A stretch of DNA of 42,600 bases from an uncultured Candidatus Saccharibacteria bacterium (GTDB taxonomy: Bacteria > Patescibacteriota > Minisyncoccia > UBA6257 > 2-01-FULL-56-20): contig CAZXZC010000004.1 in the NCBI GenBank assembly GCA_964645125.1, forward strand, positions 1 through 42,600, written 5' to 3'. Positions 23,835 through 34,121 of the stretch are shown here, in pieces. A model generated the notes under the pieces. The model searched no databases and was not told the DNA's origin. It saw nothing but the letters and a program-made list of their open reading frames with translations. The translations under genes and the position numbers were made by a program. Every line of letters starts with the position of its first letter. Positions within the stretch are counted from its first letter, which is position 1.

Positions 23835-25273
23835 TGCCTCGTCCATACTTTATGCACCAGGCACCCACTGATATTGTAATTTTTGGGGTGACTGGTGATT
23901 TGGCACAGAAAAAAATCCTTCCGTCACTTTTTCGATTATTTCAAAAGAATCTTTTACCGCCTCATGCCAGAATTATAGGTTTTGGAAGGCGTGAGTTTAG
24001 CGTGGAAAGTTTTCAAGCATTTGTGGCAACTACTTTGCCTCACGATGCTGACGTAAAGGGTTTTTTGAGTCTATGTAATTACGCGCATGGCCTCTTTGAT
24101 GATGCATCGGCATATAATAATCTGCAGAAGCGTTTGCGGGCGTACTGGGAAGTAAATCAGGTGTGTGCTCACACGCTGTTTTATTTAGCTACTCCGCCGC
24201 AATTTTATAAAACAATTTTTGAACATTTAAAATCTTCAGGGCTTTCGGTGCCGTGTGTTATGCCTGGTCAATCGCCATGGGTCCGCATACTCGTTGAAAA
24301 GCCGTTTGGTAAGGATGCACACAGTGCGCGTGAGCTCGATGATCTTCTTGGGACACTTTTTACGGAAGATCAAATTTATCGCATTGACCACTACCTCGCC
24401 AAAGAAACGGTGCAGAATATTTTGGCGTTTCGATTTGCAAATCCACTATTTTCTCATATATGGAATCGCAATTTTATTGATCATGTAAGTGTATCTTTTT
24501 TAGAGGCACAAACTATTGGAAGCCGTGGGGTATTTTATGATGGAGTTGGGGCGTTGCGAGATGTGGGACAAAACCATGTGCTTCAGATGGCCGCACTGCT
24601 TCTGATGGATGCCCCCGCAACACTTGATGGGCCAGCTGTTCGCGCTTCCCGAGCGCAGGTGTTTGGGGCACTTGCGCGGCATACACCTGTCGAAATTGCC
24701 GCCTCTAGTTTTCGCGGGCAGTACGAGGGGTATCGTACCGAACAGCATGTTTTGCCAAAGTCGGACACAGAAACCTATTTTGCACTACACACCCACCTTA
24801 CCAGTGGAGCGTGCGCCGGTGTTCCTTTATTTTTAGAGGCTGGCAAAGGGATGGATAGTTCGGTTGTAGAAATGCGCGTTACATTTAAAAAACCTGCTAC
24901 GAAATTATTCTCCGCTTCCACAGCTACTGAATTGGTGTATCGAGTTCAACCAAACGAACATATTTCTTTTGGGTTGTTTGTTAAAAAACCAGGACACGCA
25001 ATGGAACTGGTCCCGGCTGAATTTTTCTTTGATTATGCTAGCACCACAAGCGGACATGATGTATTGCATCCGTACGAAAAGCTTTTAGTTGATGCATTTT
25101 TTGGGAATCAGACACTTTTCGTAAGCACGCAAGAGATTTCAGCAAGTTGGGGATTTATTGATCCTATTGTGCGTGCATGGGAAGGGAATAGTGTGCCCTT
25201 AACGCCATATACCGTTGGTCATACGCGCGCACTTCGCCAGAGCGTACGGGCTTGTGGTACACTACCCACATGA
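23834..25273 (+). CDS. zwf: Glucose-6-phosphate 1-dehydrogenase
   Basis: Contains FGVTGDLA.KK..P.LF and RIDHYLAKE motifs. GTG start at 23834; an alternative ATG lies at 23852. Confidence 0.94.
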   Translation: MPRPYFMHQAPTDIVIFGVTGDLAQKKILPSLFRLFQKNLLPPHARIIGFGRREFSVESFQAFVATTLPHDADVKGFLSLCNYAHGLFDDASAYNNLQKRLRAYWEVNQVCAHTLFYLATPPQFYKTIFEHLKSSGLSVPCVMPGQSPWVRILVEKPFGKDAHSARELDDLLGTLFTEDQIYRIDHYLAKETVQNILAFRFANPLFSHIWNRNFIDHVSVSFLEAQTIGSRGVFYDGVGALRDVGQNHVLQMAALLLMDAPATLDGPAVRASRAQVFGALARHTPVEIAASSFRGQYEGYRTEQHVLPKSDTETYFALHTHLTSGACAGVPLFLEAGKGMDSSVVEMRVTFKKPATKLFSASTATELVYRVQPNEHISFGLFVKKPGHAMELVPAEFFFDYASTTSGHDVLHPYEKLLVDAFFGNQTLFVSTQEISASWGFIDPIVRAWEGNSVPLTPYTVGHTRALRQSVRACGTLPT

Positions 25274-26229
25274 TTCGTGATGTATTGAATTCTTTTCATG
25301 AACAGTTTTCATTTTTGCCAACCGTTGTGGGTGGAGACGTGCCCTCTTATAAAACTCTCGTAGTCTGCGGAATGGGTGGGTCACACTTGGCGGCTGATGT
25401 GCTTGCAAGTATCGGTACTACTACGCCTATTATTGTGCATCATGACTATGGGTTGCCAGACAATACTAGTGAGTCGAATCCATTTATTCTTGTGTGTTCG
25501 TACTCTGGTAACACCGATGAAGCACTTGATTCACTTACCGCAGCACGTGACGCGCACATGCCCGTTGGTGTCATAGCCTCTGGCGGAGCGCTTTTGGCGA
25601 TGGCGAAAGAATATTCTGTGCCTCATATTGAGATACCCAGTGGCTTACAACCTCGTATGGCAACCGGATATATGACGGTTGCGGTAGCTGCTTTTTTGCG
25701 AGATCCAAGACTTTCTTCAGAACTTCAATCTCTTTCACGCACTCTGTTTTCTGCTCATTTCGAAGCGCAGGGAAATGATTTAGCCACTTTTTTGCAGAAT
25801 AAAACGCCGGTATTTTATTCCTCGGCTCGTAATTATTCCGTGGCTTACACGTACAAGATCGCCTGTAATGAAACAGGTAAGATCCCTGCGTTTGCCAACG
25901 TGCTACCTGAAGCAAATCACAATGAAATGAATGGATTTGGAGGGGGAGGCAACTCACAAAGCCGTGCACAGGAGTTTGCAGCAGTTTTTTTGTATGACGA
26001 TGAAGATGATGCGCGAGTTAGTACTCGTATGGATGTCACGGCTTCGCTTTTGCAAAAACAGGGCATTGCGGTACGAGCATTACGATTTGATGCCCCGACG
26101 CGCGCTGAAAAGATATTTTCGGCGATTATTACCGCACATTGGGCAAGCTATGTCATTGCGCAACTGTACGGGAACGAGCCGGAGCAAGTGCCGATGGTGG
26201 AGGAATTAAAAAGATTATTGAAACACTAA
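25270..26229 (+). CDS. pgi: Bifunctional phosphoglucose/phosphomannose isomerase (SIS domain)
   Basis: Contains GMGGS and SYSGNT.E motifs. The C-terminal region is typical of PGI/PMI. Confidence 0.85.
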   Translation: MIRDVLNSFHEQFSFLPTVVGGDVPSYKTLVVCGMGGSHLAADVLASIGTTTPIIVHHDYGLPDNTSESNPFILVCSYSGNTDEALDSLTAARDAHMPVGVIASGGALLAMAKEYSVPHIEIPSGLQPRMATGYMTVAVAAFLRDPRLSSELQSLSRTLFSAHFEAQGNDLATFLQNKTPVFYSSARNYSVAYTYKIACNETGKIPAFANVLPEANHNEMNGFGGGGNSQSRAQEFAAVFLYDDEDDARVSTRMDVTASLLQKQGIAVRALRFDAPTRAEKIFSAIITAHWASYVIAQLYGNEPEQVPMVEELKRLLKH

Positions 26230-26337
26230 ACACTTCAAGCGCCTATCTCGGGACTGTGTTCATGGGTGCACATCCCAACGCTTCAACCGTATTGAGTATT
26301 TTTCGTTAACTTCATTCTGCTATATAGTTCAACGCGT

Positions 26338-26673
26338 ATGGTTTTTATTCGCAGAATTTCTCGGTCTATAGAATGGACATCGCACGCATTGAATAAGCTG
26401 CGATTTTACGGACTTTCGAAAAGCAGGGTACTGCGGGTGGTGGCGCACCCAGCGCGTGTTGAAGAAGGTGTTGCTGAAAATACTATCGCCTTTATGCAAT
26501 CGGTCACGACTACTAAAAAACCATTTGAATTATGGGTAATGGCCCAAGATACTCTTGCATCTCGCAAAATCATCAGTGCGTGGCGTTATCCGGGGACTAC
26601 GAAGCCAGGAGAACCCCTTCCACGTTCTGTGCTTTTGGCATTGCGACAAAACATACAAGAAGCCGAGGGGTAA
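26338..26673 (+). CDS. Hypothetical protein (weak resemblance to DUF4258-type small toxin folds)
   Basis: 111-aa ORF with no recognisable catalytic motif. Confidence 0.6.
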   Translation: MVFIRRISRSIEWTSHALNKLRFYGLSKSRVLRVVAHPARVEEGVAENTIAFMQSVTTTKKPFELWVMAQDTLASRKIISAWRYPGTTKPGEPLPRSVLLALRQNIQEAEG

Positions 26674-26731
26674 TACAGGGCACTTGGTTGGTTTACTATA
26701 AACTCTTTCTTATCTTCTCTATAATTACTGT

Positions 26732-27193
26732 ATGCGTATTCGAGTACGTGAGTTTGAATATGGCGCAGAGATTCCAAGGCTCCACACCTGCGACGGGGGA
26801 GATGTAAATCCAGAAATTACCATTTCCGATATTCCTGAACATGCGCAAGACATTGTTTTGATTGTAAGTGACCCAGACGCTTCCGGTGGGGCCGTATTTA
26901 CGCATTGGATTATGTGGAATATTCCATTTGAGCACGGGGATGCTGTTGTTCCAGCAAATGTTGGCGTTGACTTTGCAATCCAGGGCACCACGAGTGCCGG
27001 ACAGCTTGGTTACATGGGTCCGTGTCCGGGCAATGGAAAGGCTCACCGATACTTTTTTATTGTTTACGCCCTTTCCCGCACTATATCGCTCTCACAAACC
27101 GCTACCGCCGAGCAACTCCACAAAGCTATCCAGCCATTCGTGATTGCACAGGCAGAATATGTGGGTACTTACCAACGATTATCGACACCATGA
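26732..27193 (+). CDS. PEBP/YbhB family protein
   Basis: Contains DPDA and H....N.P motifs, and GY.GPCP..G.HRY.F.VYAL. Confidence 0.9.
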   Translation: MRIRVREFEYGAEIPRLHTCDGGDVNPEITISDIPEHAQDIVLIVSDPDASGGAVFTHWIMWNIPFEHGDAVVPANVGVDFAIQGTTSAGQLGYMGPCPGNGKAHRYFFIVYALSRTISLSQTATAEQLHKAIQPFVIAQAEYVGTYQRLSTP

Positions 27194-27693
27194 ACGAATA
27201 CACAATCGAAGCAGTAGTACTAGCAAAAGACGCAAGCGGTGAAGCGGATTCGGCGCTCCACTTATTTAGTCGTGAATATGGAAAGATACCAGTAAAAACA
27301 AAAAGTAGCAGGAAGTTGCTTTCTAAAATAAATGGTCATACACAACCAGGCGCAATTATTGTTGGTCGGGTAGTTGAAAAAAATACAGCACTGTTAGTAG
27401 ATGCGCTTCAAATTGGTTTTTTAGCTGTTTCTCCTCTTATTCTTTTACAGTTAACACGACTCTTACCCGAAGCGGTTGCTGAACCAGATGTATGGAATGT
27501 GCTTATCGACTCGCCTAGATTTATGGGGTGGAAAGATATTTTGAAAACTCTTGGGTGGGGACACGAAACGGCAACCTGTGCGACCTGCTCGGGAGTTACA
27601 CCTTCTTTTTTTCATATCCCATCACAAGAATTTTATTGCCAAAACTGTACGTTGAACACCTCTGTTGTGCCAAGTGATTTATTGCTGTGCTAA
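27190..27693 (+). CDS. recO: DNA repair protein RecO (short form)
   Basis: ATGA overlap with the upstream stop. OB-fold N-terminus and a C..C...C..C zinc motif. Confidence 0.75.
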   Translation: MNEYTIEAVVLAKDASGEADSALHLFSREYGKIPVKTKSSRKLLSKINGHTQPGAIIVGRVVEKNTALLVDALQIGFLAVSPLILLQLTRLLPEAVAEPDVWNVLIDSPRFMGWKDILKTLGWGHETATCATCSGVTPSFFHIPSQEFYCQNCTLNTSVVPSDLLLC

Positions 27694-27725
27694 AAAATGT
27701 CCATTGTTTGGTATGATGAGTGTAT

Positions 27726-29612
27726 ATGGATCGCGAAATTGAACCATTGCCAAAAGGCGGTGCATTATGGGGCACACCTACTGCCATAAAAAAAGATACG
27801 CATTCCGGACAGTCATCACCAAATACTCCGCTTCGTCCAGCACTGAATATACCCACTGATGATCATGCGTTTGGCGCTGTCACTAGCAAGCGGACATGGA
27901 TATTTGCAGGGACGCTTATCGCGGTGAGCGTTGCCCTGTTATCGATTATTGGGTATGTGATTTTTTCTAATCGTATTATTGGTCCATCGGTTGATTTAGC
28001 AACAGCCCCGCTTGATGAGGTTTTTGCTGCTGCACCGTTTCCCGTCACCGTATCAGTATCAAATTTTTCTCCTGATAGTATTCGTGGGGGAACGATAACG
28101 GCATATTTACCTTCTTCGTTTTCTTTTACCTCGGGCACGCCAGAGACAAAAGAAATGACATTTGATATGCCGGCCCTCGAAAGTCAGCAAACAGTGCGAC
28201 AAGTGTTTACAGTCGTCAGCAACGCTCCAGTACAAAGCGTGGCGCGAATACGGTTTGTATTTCGTTATTCAACCCTTGTTGATGGAACGGCTCGGCAATT
28301 TGAAAAAGAGTACAGCACTGATGTGCTTACTAGTAGAAATGCTATTGATGTTCGTATTGATACGCCCCGTTTTGCGTATAATGGCAAGCCATTTGATTTC
28401 ACTATCCACTATAAAAATTTAACGCGACAGTCATTCTCTGGCGCGAAAATTTCTATTACCTACCCAACAGAATTTCAGCCAACTGACTTTTCGGCTGTTA
28501 CTGGCGATCACATCTATACTGTTGCGTTACCGTCTTTGGCAGCGCAGGAGGAGGGCATGGTGGTGGTAAATGGCGCTCTTGTTGGCCCTGCAAATTCATT
28601 CTTTAATTTTGTAGCTTCAGCATTTCTTCCATTGCCTGATACGCAGGGTGTCCCTGCTCAGGAATTTCCAGCGGGAAGTCAGCAAGCAAGTATTTCTATT
28701 TATCCAGAACCCCTCACCCTGAGTATCCAGCTACAAAGCAGTGCAGGTGACTTTGCAAACCCAGGGGATGGGCTGACATATGTTATCACCGCCCACAACA
28801 ACTCTGGCGTTACTTTACAAAACGCGACAATTCGAGCCTCTTTCAGTGGTTCTATGCTCGACACTCATTCTATTTCGGGCGATGGAGTGTATGATAGTCG
28901 CGATACTTCTGTTTCATGGTCAGCCGCAAATACCCCCGATCTTGCGCGTATTGAGGCGAATCGTTCCGTGCAGGTTACGGTAAGCGCACGAGTTTTTAGC
29001 AAATTTACTTCACCTGATGCCACACACAATACTCTAAAAATTGCCGCTTCTATTTCTTCTCCTACGGTTCCGCCAAATACCGCGGCAACTACCACAACTG
29101 CAACTGCTTTGTTGCAAACGAAAATTGGCGGGCGTGCCCAGTTTAGCTCAACAGTGTTTCATATTGATCCGAAAGATAAGAAAAAAAATAGTGGACCATA
29201 CCCGCCCGTTGCAAATCAAGCAACTCAGTACACGGTATATTGGACATTACAGGCAAGTGGTGCTGGATTGCAAAAAGCATTCGCTTCTACATTCTTGCAA
29301 GGCAACACTTCGTTTGTTGGTGTGCCATCAACGTCAGTAGGATCAATTTCGTATGATAAAAATTCGGGTAAGATTTTTTGGAATATTGGTTCGGTTGCTC
29401 CCAATACTACACAGACCGCTACCTTTCAGATTGAAAATATCCCTGCTATTACCAGTGTAGGAAACGCGGTTGTTATTGTATCACCTAGTCAGTTTGGAGC
29501 CGTCGATGATTTTACGGGCAATCCAGTGTCGTTTTCAACACAACAGGTAACAACGGACATACCCGATGATACAAAGGTGGGTAAAGATAGGCGCGTACAA
29601 AGCAGCCCATAA
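27726..29612 (+). CDS. Large N-terminally anchored surface protein with repeated beta-rich (DUF11/CARDB-like) modules
   Basis: TM helix IFAGTLIAVSVALLSIIGYVIF followed by about 550 aa rich in Thr, Ser, Val and Asn. Confidence 0.75.
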   Translation: MDREIEPLPKGGALWGTPTAIKKDTHSGQSSPNTPLRPALNIPTDDHAFGAVTSKRTWIFAGTLIAVSVALLSIIGYVIFSNRIIGPSVDLATAPLDEVFAAAPFPVTVSVSNFSPDSIRGGTITAYLPSSFSFTSGTPETKEMTFDMPALESQQTVRQVFTVVSNAPVQSVARIRFVFRYSTLVDGTARQFEKEYSTDVLTSRNAIDVRIDTPRFAYNGKPFDFTIHYKNLTRQSFSGAKISITYPTEFQPTDFSAVTGDHIYTVALPSLAAQEEGMVVVNGALVGPANSFFNFVASAFLPLPDTQGVPAQEFPAGSQQASISIYPEPLTLSIQLQSSAGDFANPGDGLTYVITAHNNSGVTLQNATIRASFSGSMLDTHSISGDGVYDSRDTSVSWSAANTPDLARIEANRSVQVTVSARVFSKFTSPDATHNTLKIAASISSPTVPPNTAATTTTATALLQTKIGGRAQFSSTVFHIDPKDKKKNSGPYPPVANQATQYTVYWTLQASGAGLQKAFASTFLQGNTSFVGVPSTSVGSISYDKNSGKIFWNIGSVAPNTTQTATFQIENIPAITSVGNAVVIVSPSQFGAVDDFTGNPVSFSTQQVTTDIPDDTKVGKDRRVQSSP

Positions 29613-29693
29613 GGTTTTTAGGGGGATACTTGAGAGAAAGGTGACAAATCCCTCGTTCCTTTATATTATTGAGTATATTCTCTTTGTGTTTTT

Positions 29694-31037
29694 ATGGAGC
29701 AATCGCGTATGGATAAAATTGTAAGTCTTGCCAAACGGCGTGGGTTTGTGTACCCAGGAAGCGAGATTTATGGCGGACTTGCTAATACCTGGGATTACGG
29801 CCCACTTGGGGTTGAACTTAAAAATAACATCAAGCAGTTGTGGTGGAAGATGTTTGTGCAGCGGCGTGATGACATGGTGGGGCTTGATGCGGCAATACTC
29901 ATGAACCCAAAGGTGTGGGAGGCGAGCGGGCATCTGAGTGAGTTTAGTGACCCTTTAATCGAATGTAAAAAGTGCCACAATCGGTTTCGAGCAGATCATT
30001 TGGGTTTTGTAGATGAAAAAGGAACTGTTATTGCGAATGCAGATATTTCTTGTCCCGAATGTGGCAAAAAAGATTGGGCACTCCCACAGCAGTTTAACCT
30101 GATGCTCCAAACGTATCTTGGCCCTGCGCAAGAAAAGGCGAATGTGGTGTATTTGCGTCCAGAAACGGCGCAGGCAATGTTTGTGGATTTTAAGAGCATT
30201 CTACAAACAAGTCGACGAACCTTGCCGTTTGGTGTAGCTCAGATTGGGAAGGCGTTCCGCAATGAAATTACCCCGGGCAACTTTATTTTCCGTACACGCG
30301 AATTTGAACAAATGGAAATTGAGTATTTTATCCCTACTCCAAAAATAGATGGCGATTGGCAAGAATATTTCGATGCATGGCTCAAGAGTATGCGCGAATG
30401 GATTCGCGCGATTGGGCTAGAGACCGCGCTTACAGATGGCCGCGTTCACGAACTCGATATTCCTGATGGGGAACGAGCGCACTATTCCAAGCGCACCGTG
30501 GATTTTGAGTACGAGTTTCCATTTGGAAAAAAAGAATTATATGGCCTGGCCTACCGCACTGACTTTGATTTGCAAAATCATATGCGCGTCAGTGGGGAAA
30601 GTTTGCACTATACCGATCCACACACGAATGAAACCTATGTACCTCATGTGATTGAGCCATCATTGGGTGTAGAGCGAACATTTTTAGCAGTCCTTTGCGA
30701 GGCATACACAGAGGAGGAAAAACGAGTGGTGTTGAAATTGCCCTTCGACTTGGCTCCGTATAAGGCAGCGGTGTTTCCGCTTTTAGCCAATAAGCCGGAA
30801 TTAGTGGCCAAGGCCAAAGAAGTCTACGATATGCTCAAAGAGCATTACCCTGTGGCATGGGATGATCGGGGCAATATTGGGAAGCGCTATTTTTCTCAAG
30901 ACGAAATTGGTACGCCATTTTGCATTACTGTTGATTTTGACACCCTCGAACAGGGCACTGTGACGGTTCGCAATCGTGACACTATGACCCAGGAACGAGT
31001 TGAGATTTCGAAGTTGGCTCTGTATGTAAAAGCTTAG
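29694..31037 (+). CDS. glyQS: Glycine--tRNA ligase (dimeric class II)
   Basis: Contains RGF.YP.SEIYGG....WDYGPLG and FRNEI.P motifs. Confidence 0.95.
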   Translation: MEQSRMDKIVSLAKRRGFVYPGSEIYGGLANTWDYGPLGVELKNNIKQLWWKMFVQRRDDMVGLDAAILMNPKVWEASGHLSEFSDPLIECKKCHNRFRADHLGFVDEKGTVIANADISCPECGKKDWALPQQFNLMLQTYLGPAQEKANVVYLRPETAQAMFVDFKSILQTSRRTLPFGVAQIGKAFRNEITPGNFIFRTREFEQMEIEYFIPTPKIDGDWQEYFDAWLKSMREWIRAIGLETALTDGRVHELDIPDGERAHYSKRTVDFEYEFPFGKKELYGLAYRTDFDLQNHMRVSGESLHYTDPHTNETYVPHVIEPSLGVERTFLAVLCEAYTEEEKRVVLKLPFDLAPYKAAVFPLLANKPELVAKAKEVYDMLKEHYPVAWDDRGNIGKRYFSQDEIGTPFCITVDFDTLEQGTVTVRNRDTMTQERVEISKLALYVKA

Positions 31038-31101
31038 ACATGCTCCTTAAAATCCTTAATTTACAAGCTTTTTAGTTGTTTTTTAAAAGCGTCAGAAATA
31101 C

Positions 31102-31129
31102 TTGACAAAATTTGTAAGTACGCTATACT
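31102..31129 (+). promoter_or_regulatory. Sigma70 promoter TTGACA-16 nt-TATACT
   Basis: Consensus hexamers in the glyQS-mreB spacer. Confidence 0.7.
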
Positions 31130-31135
31130 GCGTGT

Positions 31136-31420
31136 TAGATGCGCTGGGTTATGTGATTCTTCATTGTAATCATGGTTTTTCAATGAGGAATCGCTATGGA
31201 TCATCCGGTTCCGGCGGCGACTTTTATCCGTACCCAGTGCTCATTTCATAATTTTGAACCGATAGGGAGGGATCTTTTTCTATAAAACCCTATCGGATTC
31301 TATACTTCGTTGAAGTCGCTCCCTTTTATTATTTTAACCAAAGGGAGCAATCTCAAAACAATTTTTAACTTTCAAAAGGCCCTAAGCGCATTTCATAGCT
31401 TCTGGCCTTTTTCCTTTTTT
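31136..31420 (+). ncRNA. Standalone ~285-nt highly structured transcript carrying micro-ORF Z
   Basis: Has its own promoter and terminator (AAGGCC..GGCCTT plus TTTTCCTTTTTT at 31376-31420). Four stems of 9-11 bp. Confidence 0.5.
31196..31285 (+). CDS. Candidate 29-aa micro-protein (family member Z)
   Basis: GAGGA, 6 nt, ATG. Product is MDHPVPAATFIRTQCSFHNFEPIGRDLFL. The TQC-x5-EP spacing is identical to ITQCAGEGVEP in the 37581-37979 ORF, with synonymous codon differences. Confidence 0.4.
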   Translation: MDHPVPAATFIRTQCSFHNFEPIGRDLFL

Positions 31421-31431
31421 ATATGGCAAAG

Positions 31432-31460
31432 TTGCCTGGGGCAGTTTTTTCGCCTATCAT
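31432..31460 (+). promoter_or_regulatory. mreB promoter TTGCCT-17 nt-TATCAT
   Basis: The -10 ends 9 nt before the ATG and there is no SD. Confidence 0.55.
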
Positions 31461-31469
31461 GAACCCACT

Positions 31470-32477
31470 ATGCTCTCGCGTAAAATTGGTATTGATTTAG
31501 GAACTGCCAATACGGTGGTGTTTGTACCGGGCCAGGGGTTTATTATCAACGAACCAACCATTGTAGCCTTAAGTAACCCTGACAATAAAGTGCTTGCGGT
31601 GGGTAGCGAAGCAAAAGAAATGATCGGCCGCACCCCAGAAGAAATCGTTGCGTACCGGCCATTAAAAGATGGTGTTATTGCGGATTACTACGTAACCAAG
31701 GCGATGTTGAAATATTTTATTTCCAAAGCTTCGGCATGGTATAACGTGCTTGGACCTGAGGTGATTATTTCGGTTCCGGCTGGCATTACCCCCACTGAAC
31801 GCCGCGCGGTGATAAACGCCGCGCGCGAAGCAGGCGCGCGGCAGGCATATTTGGTGCGCGAACCGGTTTTGGCGGCATTGGGCGCCGGCATTCCTATTAA
31901 TGCGCGCAGCGGCAATATGATCATTAACATTGGCGGTGGTACCTGCGAAGTAGCCGTTATTGCACTCGGCAACATTGTGGCTTCATTAAGCTTGCGTGTT
32001 GCAGGGAATAAATTCGACCAGGCGGTAGCTGAGTATGTGAAGAAAAAATATTCGCTGGCGATTGGTGATCAAACAGCTGAAGCGGTAAAAATTACGATTG
32101 GCTCGGCTATGACCACCAAAGAGAAGATGGAGTTTCAACTGCGCGGTCGCGACTTAGTAACAGGACTTCCAAAAGATATTGTGGTTAACAGCAACGAAAT
32201 GGCTGAGGCGTTAAATGGGTTACTTACCGATATTACCGCTTCAGTACAAAGTGTGTTTAATAACACACCGCCGGAGTTGGTAGCTGATATCATGGAGAAG
32301 GGAATCATTCTTTCAGGTGGAAGTGCGCAACTTCATAATTTGCCAGAGTTTTTCCGCCGCTTTCTAGGAGTGCAAACTTATCTGGCGGAAGATCCACTAT
32401 TTTGCGTGGCAAAGGGAACCGGTCTCATTTTAAGTCATTTGGACGTGTACAAACGAACGTTGCTAAACAAAAGATAA
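31470..32477 (+). CDS. mreB: Rod shape-determining protein MreB
   Basis: Contains IDLGTANT, actin-fold phosphate motifs and GGGT.E.AV. Confidence 0.96.
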   Translation: MLSRKIGIDLGTANTVVFVPGQGFIINEPTIVALSNPDNKVLAVGSEAKEMIGRTPEEIVAYRPLKDGVIADYYVTKAMLKYFISKASAWYNVLGPEVIISVPAGITPTERRAVINAAREAGARQAYLVREPVLAALGAGIPINARSGNMIINIGGGTCEVAVIALGNIVASLSLRVAGNKFDQAVAEYVKKKYSLAIGDQTAEAVKITIGSAMTTKEKMEFQLRGRDLVTGLPKDIVVNSNEMAEALNGLLTDITASVQSVFNNTPPELVADIMEKGIILSGGSAQLHNLPEFFRRFLGVQTYLAEDPLFCVAKGTGLILSHLDVYKRTLLNKR

Positions 32478-32482
32478 CAAAA

Positions 32483-32516
32483 GCCACTAGGGTATAGCCA
32501 ATGGCCAATAGTAAGC
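32483..32516. repeat. GCCAATAG-word repeat, single arm (family 1)
   Basis: tagccaatggccaatagtaagcaat is nearly identical to 13414-13445. Confidence 0.75.
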
Positions 32517-32552
32517 AATTTAAATACAAGAATAACGATCCGTCAGCTGGCG

Positions 32553-32625
32553 GAAAGAATTATGAATTAAGGTTTCCGCGTAATGCATTAAAAAACCCTT
32601 ATTCTTTATTCTCCATTCTTAATTC
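32553..32625. repeat. AAGAAT/ATGAAT-word palindromic repeat (family 2), abutting the holB ATG
   Basis: Loop ccgcgtaATGCATTAAAAAA. Arms gaaagaattatgaattaaggttt and acccttattctttattctccattcttaattc. Confidence 0.8.
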
Positions 32626-33465
32626 ATGAGTCAAAATTTTTTATATAAAAATCCGATTGTTGCTCGACTTGAAGAACAAGCAAAGATTAATACGCTTTCC
32701 CATGCCTACTTGTTTTTTGGCCCTTGGCTTGTGGGAAAACGCACATTTGGATTGCGGTTAGCACGTATTCTTGAGCATGGCGACGGGGACACGGAAAAAC
32801 CGCTTCACGACATATTATCTCTCTCTTCTGAAATGGGGGTGGAAGCAGCGCGTGAAGTGAAATCATTTTTATATACTCGACCAGCATATTCAAAACGCCG
32901 TACTGTGTTGTTTTGTGCCATTGATGGAGCAACTCGCGTTACTTCGGATGCACTTTTGAAAACCATAGAAGAGCCGCATCGTGACACGCTCATTCTCTTA
33001 ACAGCCACGCATGTTGATGCGGTACCAGACACTATTCTTTCGCGAGTTCAAAGCGTGTATTTTGCGCCCGTTGAATCTTCGCGCATAGAGTCGTGGCTTA
33101 CCGAAAAAACGAAAGTGCGTGGGCTGACGTCATCAGCTTCACATATTCATGCAGCTGTTGCGCAGGCAGGAGGACTCCCAGGTCTTGCCTGGCGACTCCT
33201 GCATGATGCAGAATTTCTCGCAACACTTACTACTGCTCAAAAATATCTTCGCACCACGCCTGCTTCTGTTTCAGCGTTTGTAAAAGATATGCTTGAAACA
33301 CACGAAGATTTTTCATTGCCGATATTTTTAGATTTCCTATTATTGGCGCTTTCTTTTGACCCCAAAACACCTTCTGCGTTTTTGCAAAAAACTATTGCCT
33401 TAGCACGCGATGCACGTGAATATAACCTTAATCCAAAGTTGCAACTTATTGCACTGAAGCAGTGA
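32626..33465 (+). CDS. holB: DNA polymerase III delta' subunit
   Basis: Contains HAYLF.GP...GK, LLKT.EEP and SR motifs. Confidence 0.85.
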   Translation: MSQNFLYKNPIVARLEEQAKINTLSHAYLFFGPWLVGKRTFGLRLARILEHGDGDTEKPLHDILSLSSEMGVEAAREVKSFLYTRPAYSKRRTVLFCAIDGATRVTSDALLKTIEEPHRDTLILLTATHVDAVPDTILSRVQSVYFAPVESSRIESWLTEKTKVRGLTSSASHIHAAVAQAGGLPGLAWRLLHDAEFLATLTTAQKYLRTTPASVSAFVKDMLETHEDFSLPIFLDFLLLALSFDPKTPSAFLQKTIALARDAREYNLNPKLQLIALKQ

Positions 33466-33470
33466 GCAGG

Positions 33471-33500
33471 ATTTAGGGTTTAGTAGCCAATAGCTAATAC
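33471..33500. repeat. AGGGTTTAG/GCCAATAG-word repeat, single arm (family 1)
   Basis: Sequence atttagggtttagtagccaatagctaatac. Confidence 0.7.
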
Positions 33501-33548
33501 GATGCAAAAGGTGGAAAAAAACCTCATTTTTTAGTACTATATATCGAT

Positions 33549-34109
33549 ATGGACGAAGCACAATTTATGAAACAGGCACAAACAGCCTTTACCAGTATTG
33601 TTGATGCATTTAAGCTAGAAGCCTCCTCAATTCGGGGTAACCGGCCTACGGTTGATTTAGTAGAGCATATCCCGGTGACCGCCTACGATAACCAGCAGTT
33701 TACTGTGCAGCAGTTAGGGAGTATTGGCGTGGTGCCCCCAAGCGAGCTCACTATTACGGTATGGGATAGCGAGGTAGTGAATGCAGTGGCGAAGGCTATT
33801 GAGGATGCACACGTAGGACTTTCAGTGTCTCACGATGGCACCGTTATTCGCGCGCGATTGTCGGCATTGGGTACGGAACGTCGAGATGAGTTAGTAAAAA
33901 CTGTAAAGAAACTTCACGAGCAATCACGTATCGCAGTACGTACTCATCGTGAAGATTTTATGAAGAAAATTAAGATGGCCGAAACAACCGAGGGATTTTC
34001 GGAAGATCGTTCATTTAAGCTAAAAGAACGACTCCAAAAAACGGTAGATGAAGCAAATGCCGCGCTTGAGATAGTGCTGGAGAAAAAAATTACTGAGCTA
34101 GCCGAATGA
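33549..34109 (+). CDS. frr: Ribosome recycling factor
   Basis: 186 aa with G.RP....L..I.V.AY, LG.I.V and VR..R.D motifs. Confidence 0.94.
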   Translation: MDEAQFMKQAQTAFTSIVDAFKLEASSIRGNRPTVDLVEHIPVTAYDNQQFTVQQLGSIGVVPPSELTITVWDSEVVNAVAKAIEDAHVGLSVSHDGTVIRARLSALGTERRDELVKTVKKLHEQSRIAVRTHREDFMKKIKMAETTEGFSEDRSFKLKERLQKTVDEANAALEIVLEKKITELAE

Positions 34110-34121
34110 TTTTTATTTAGT

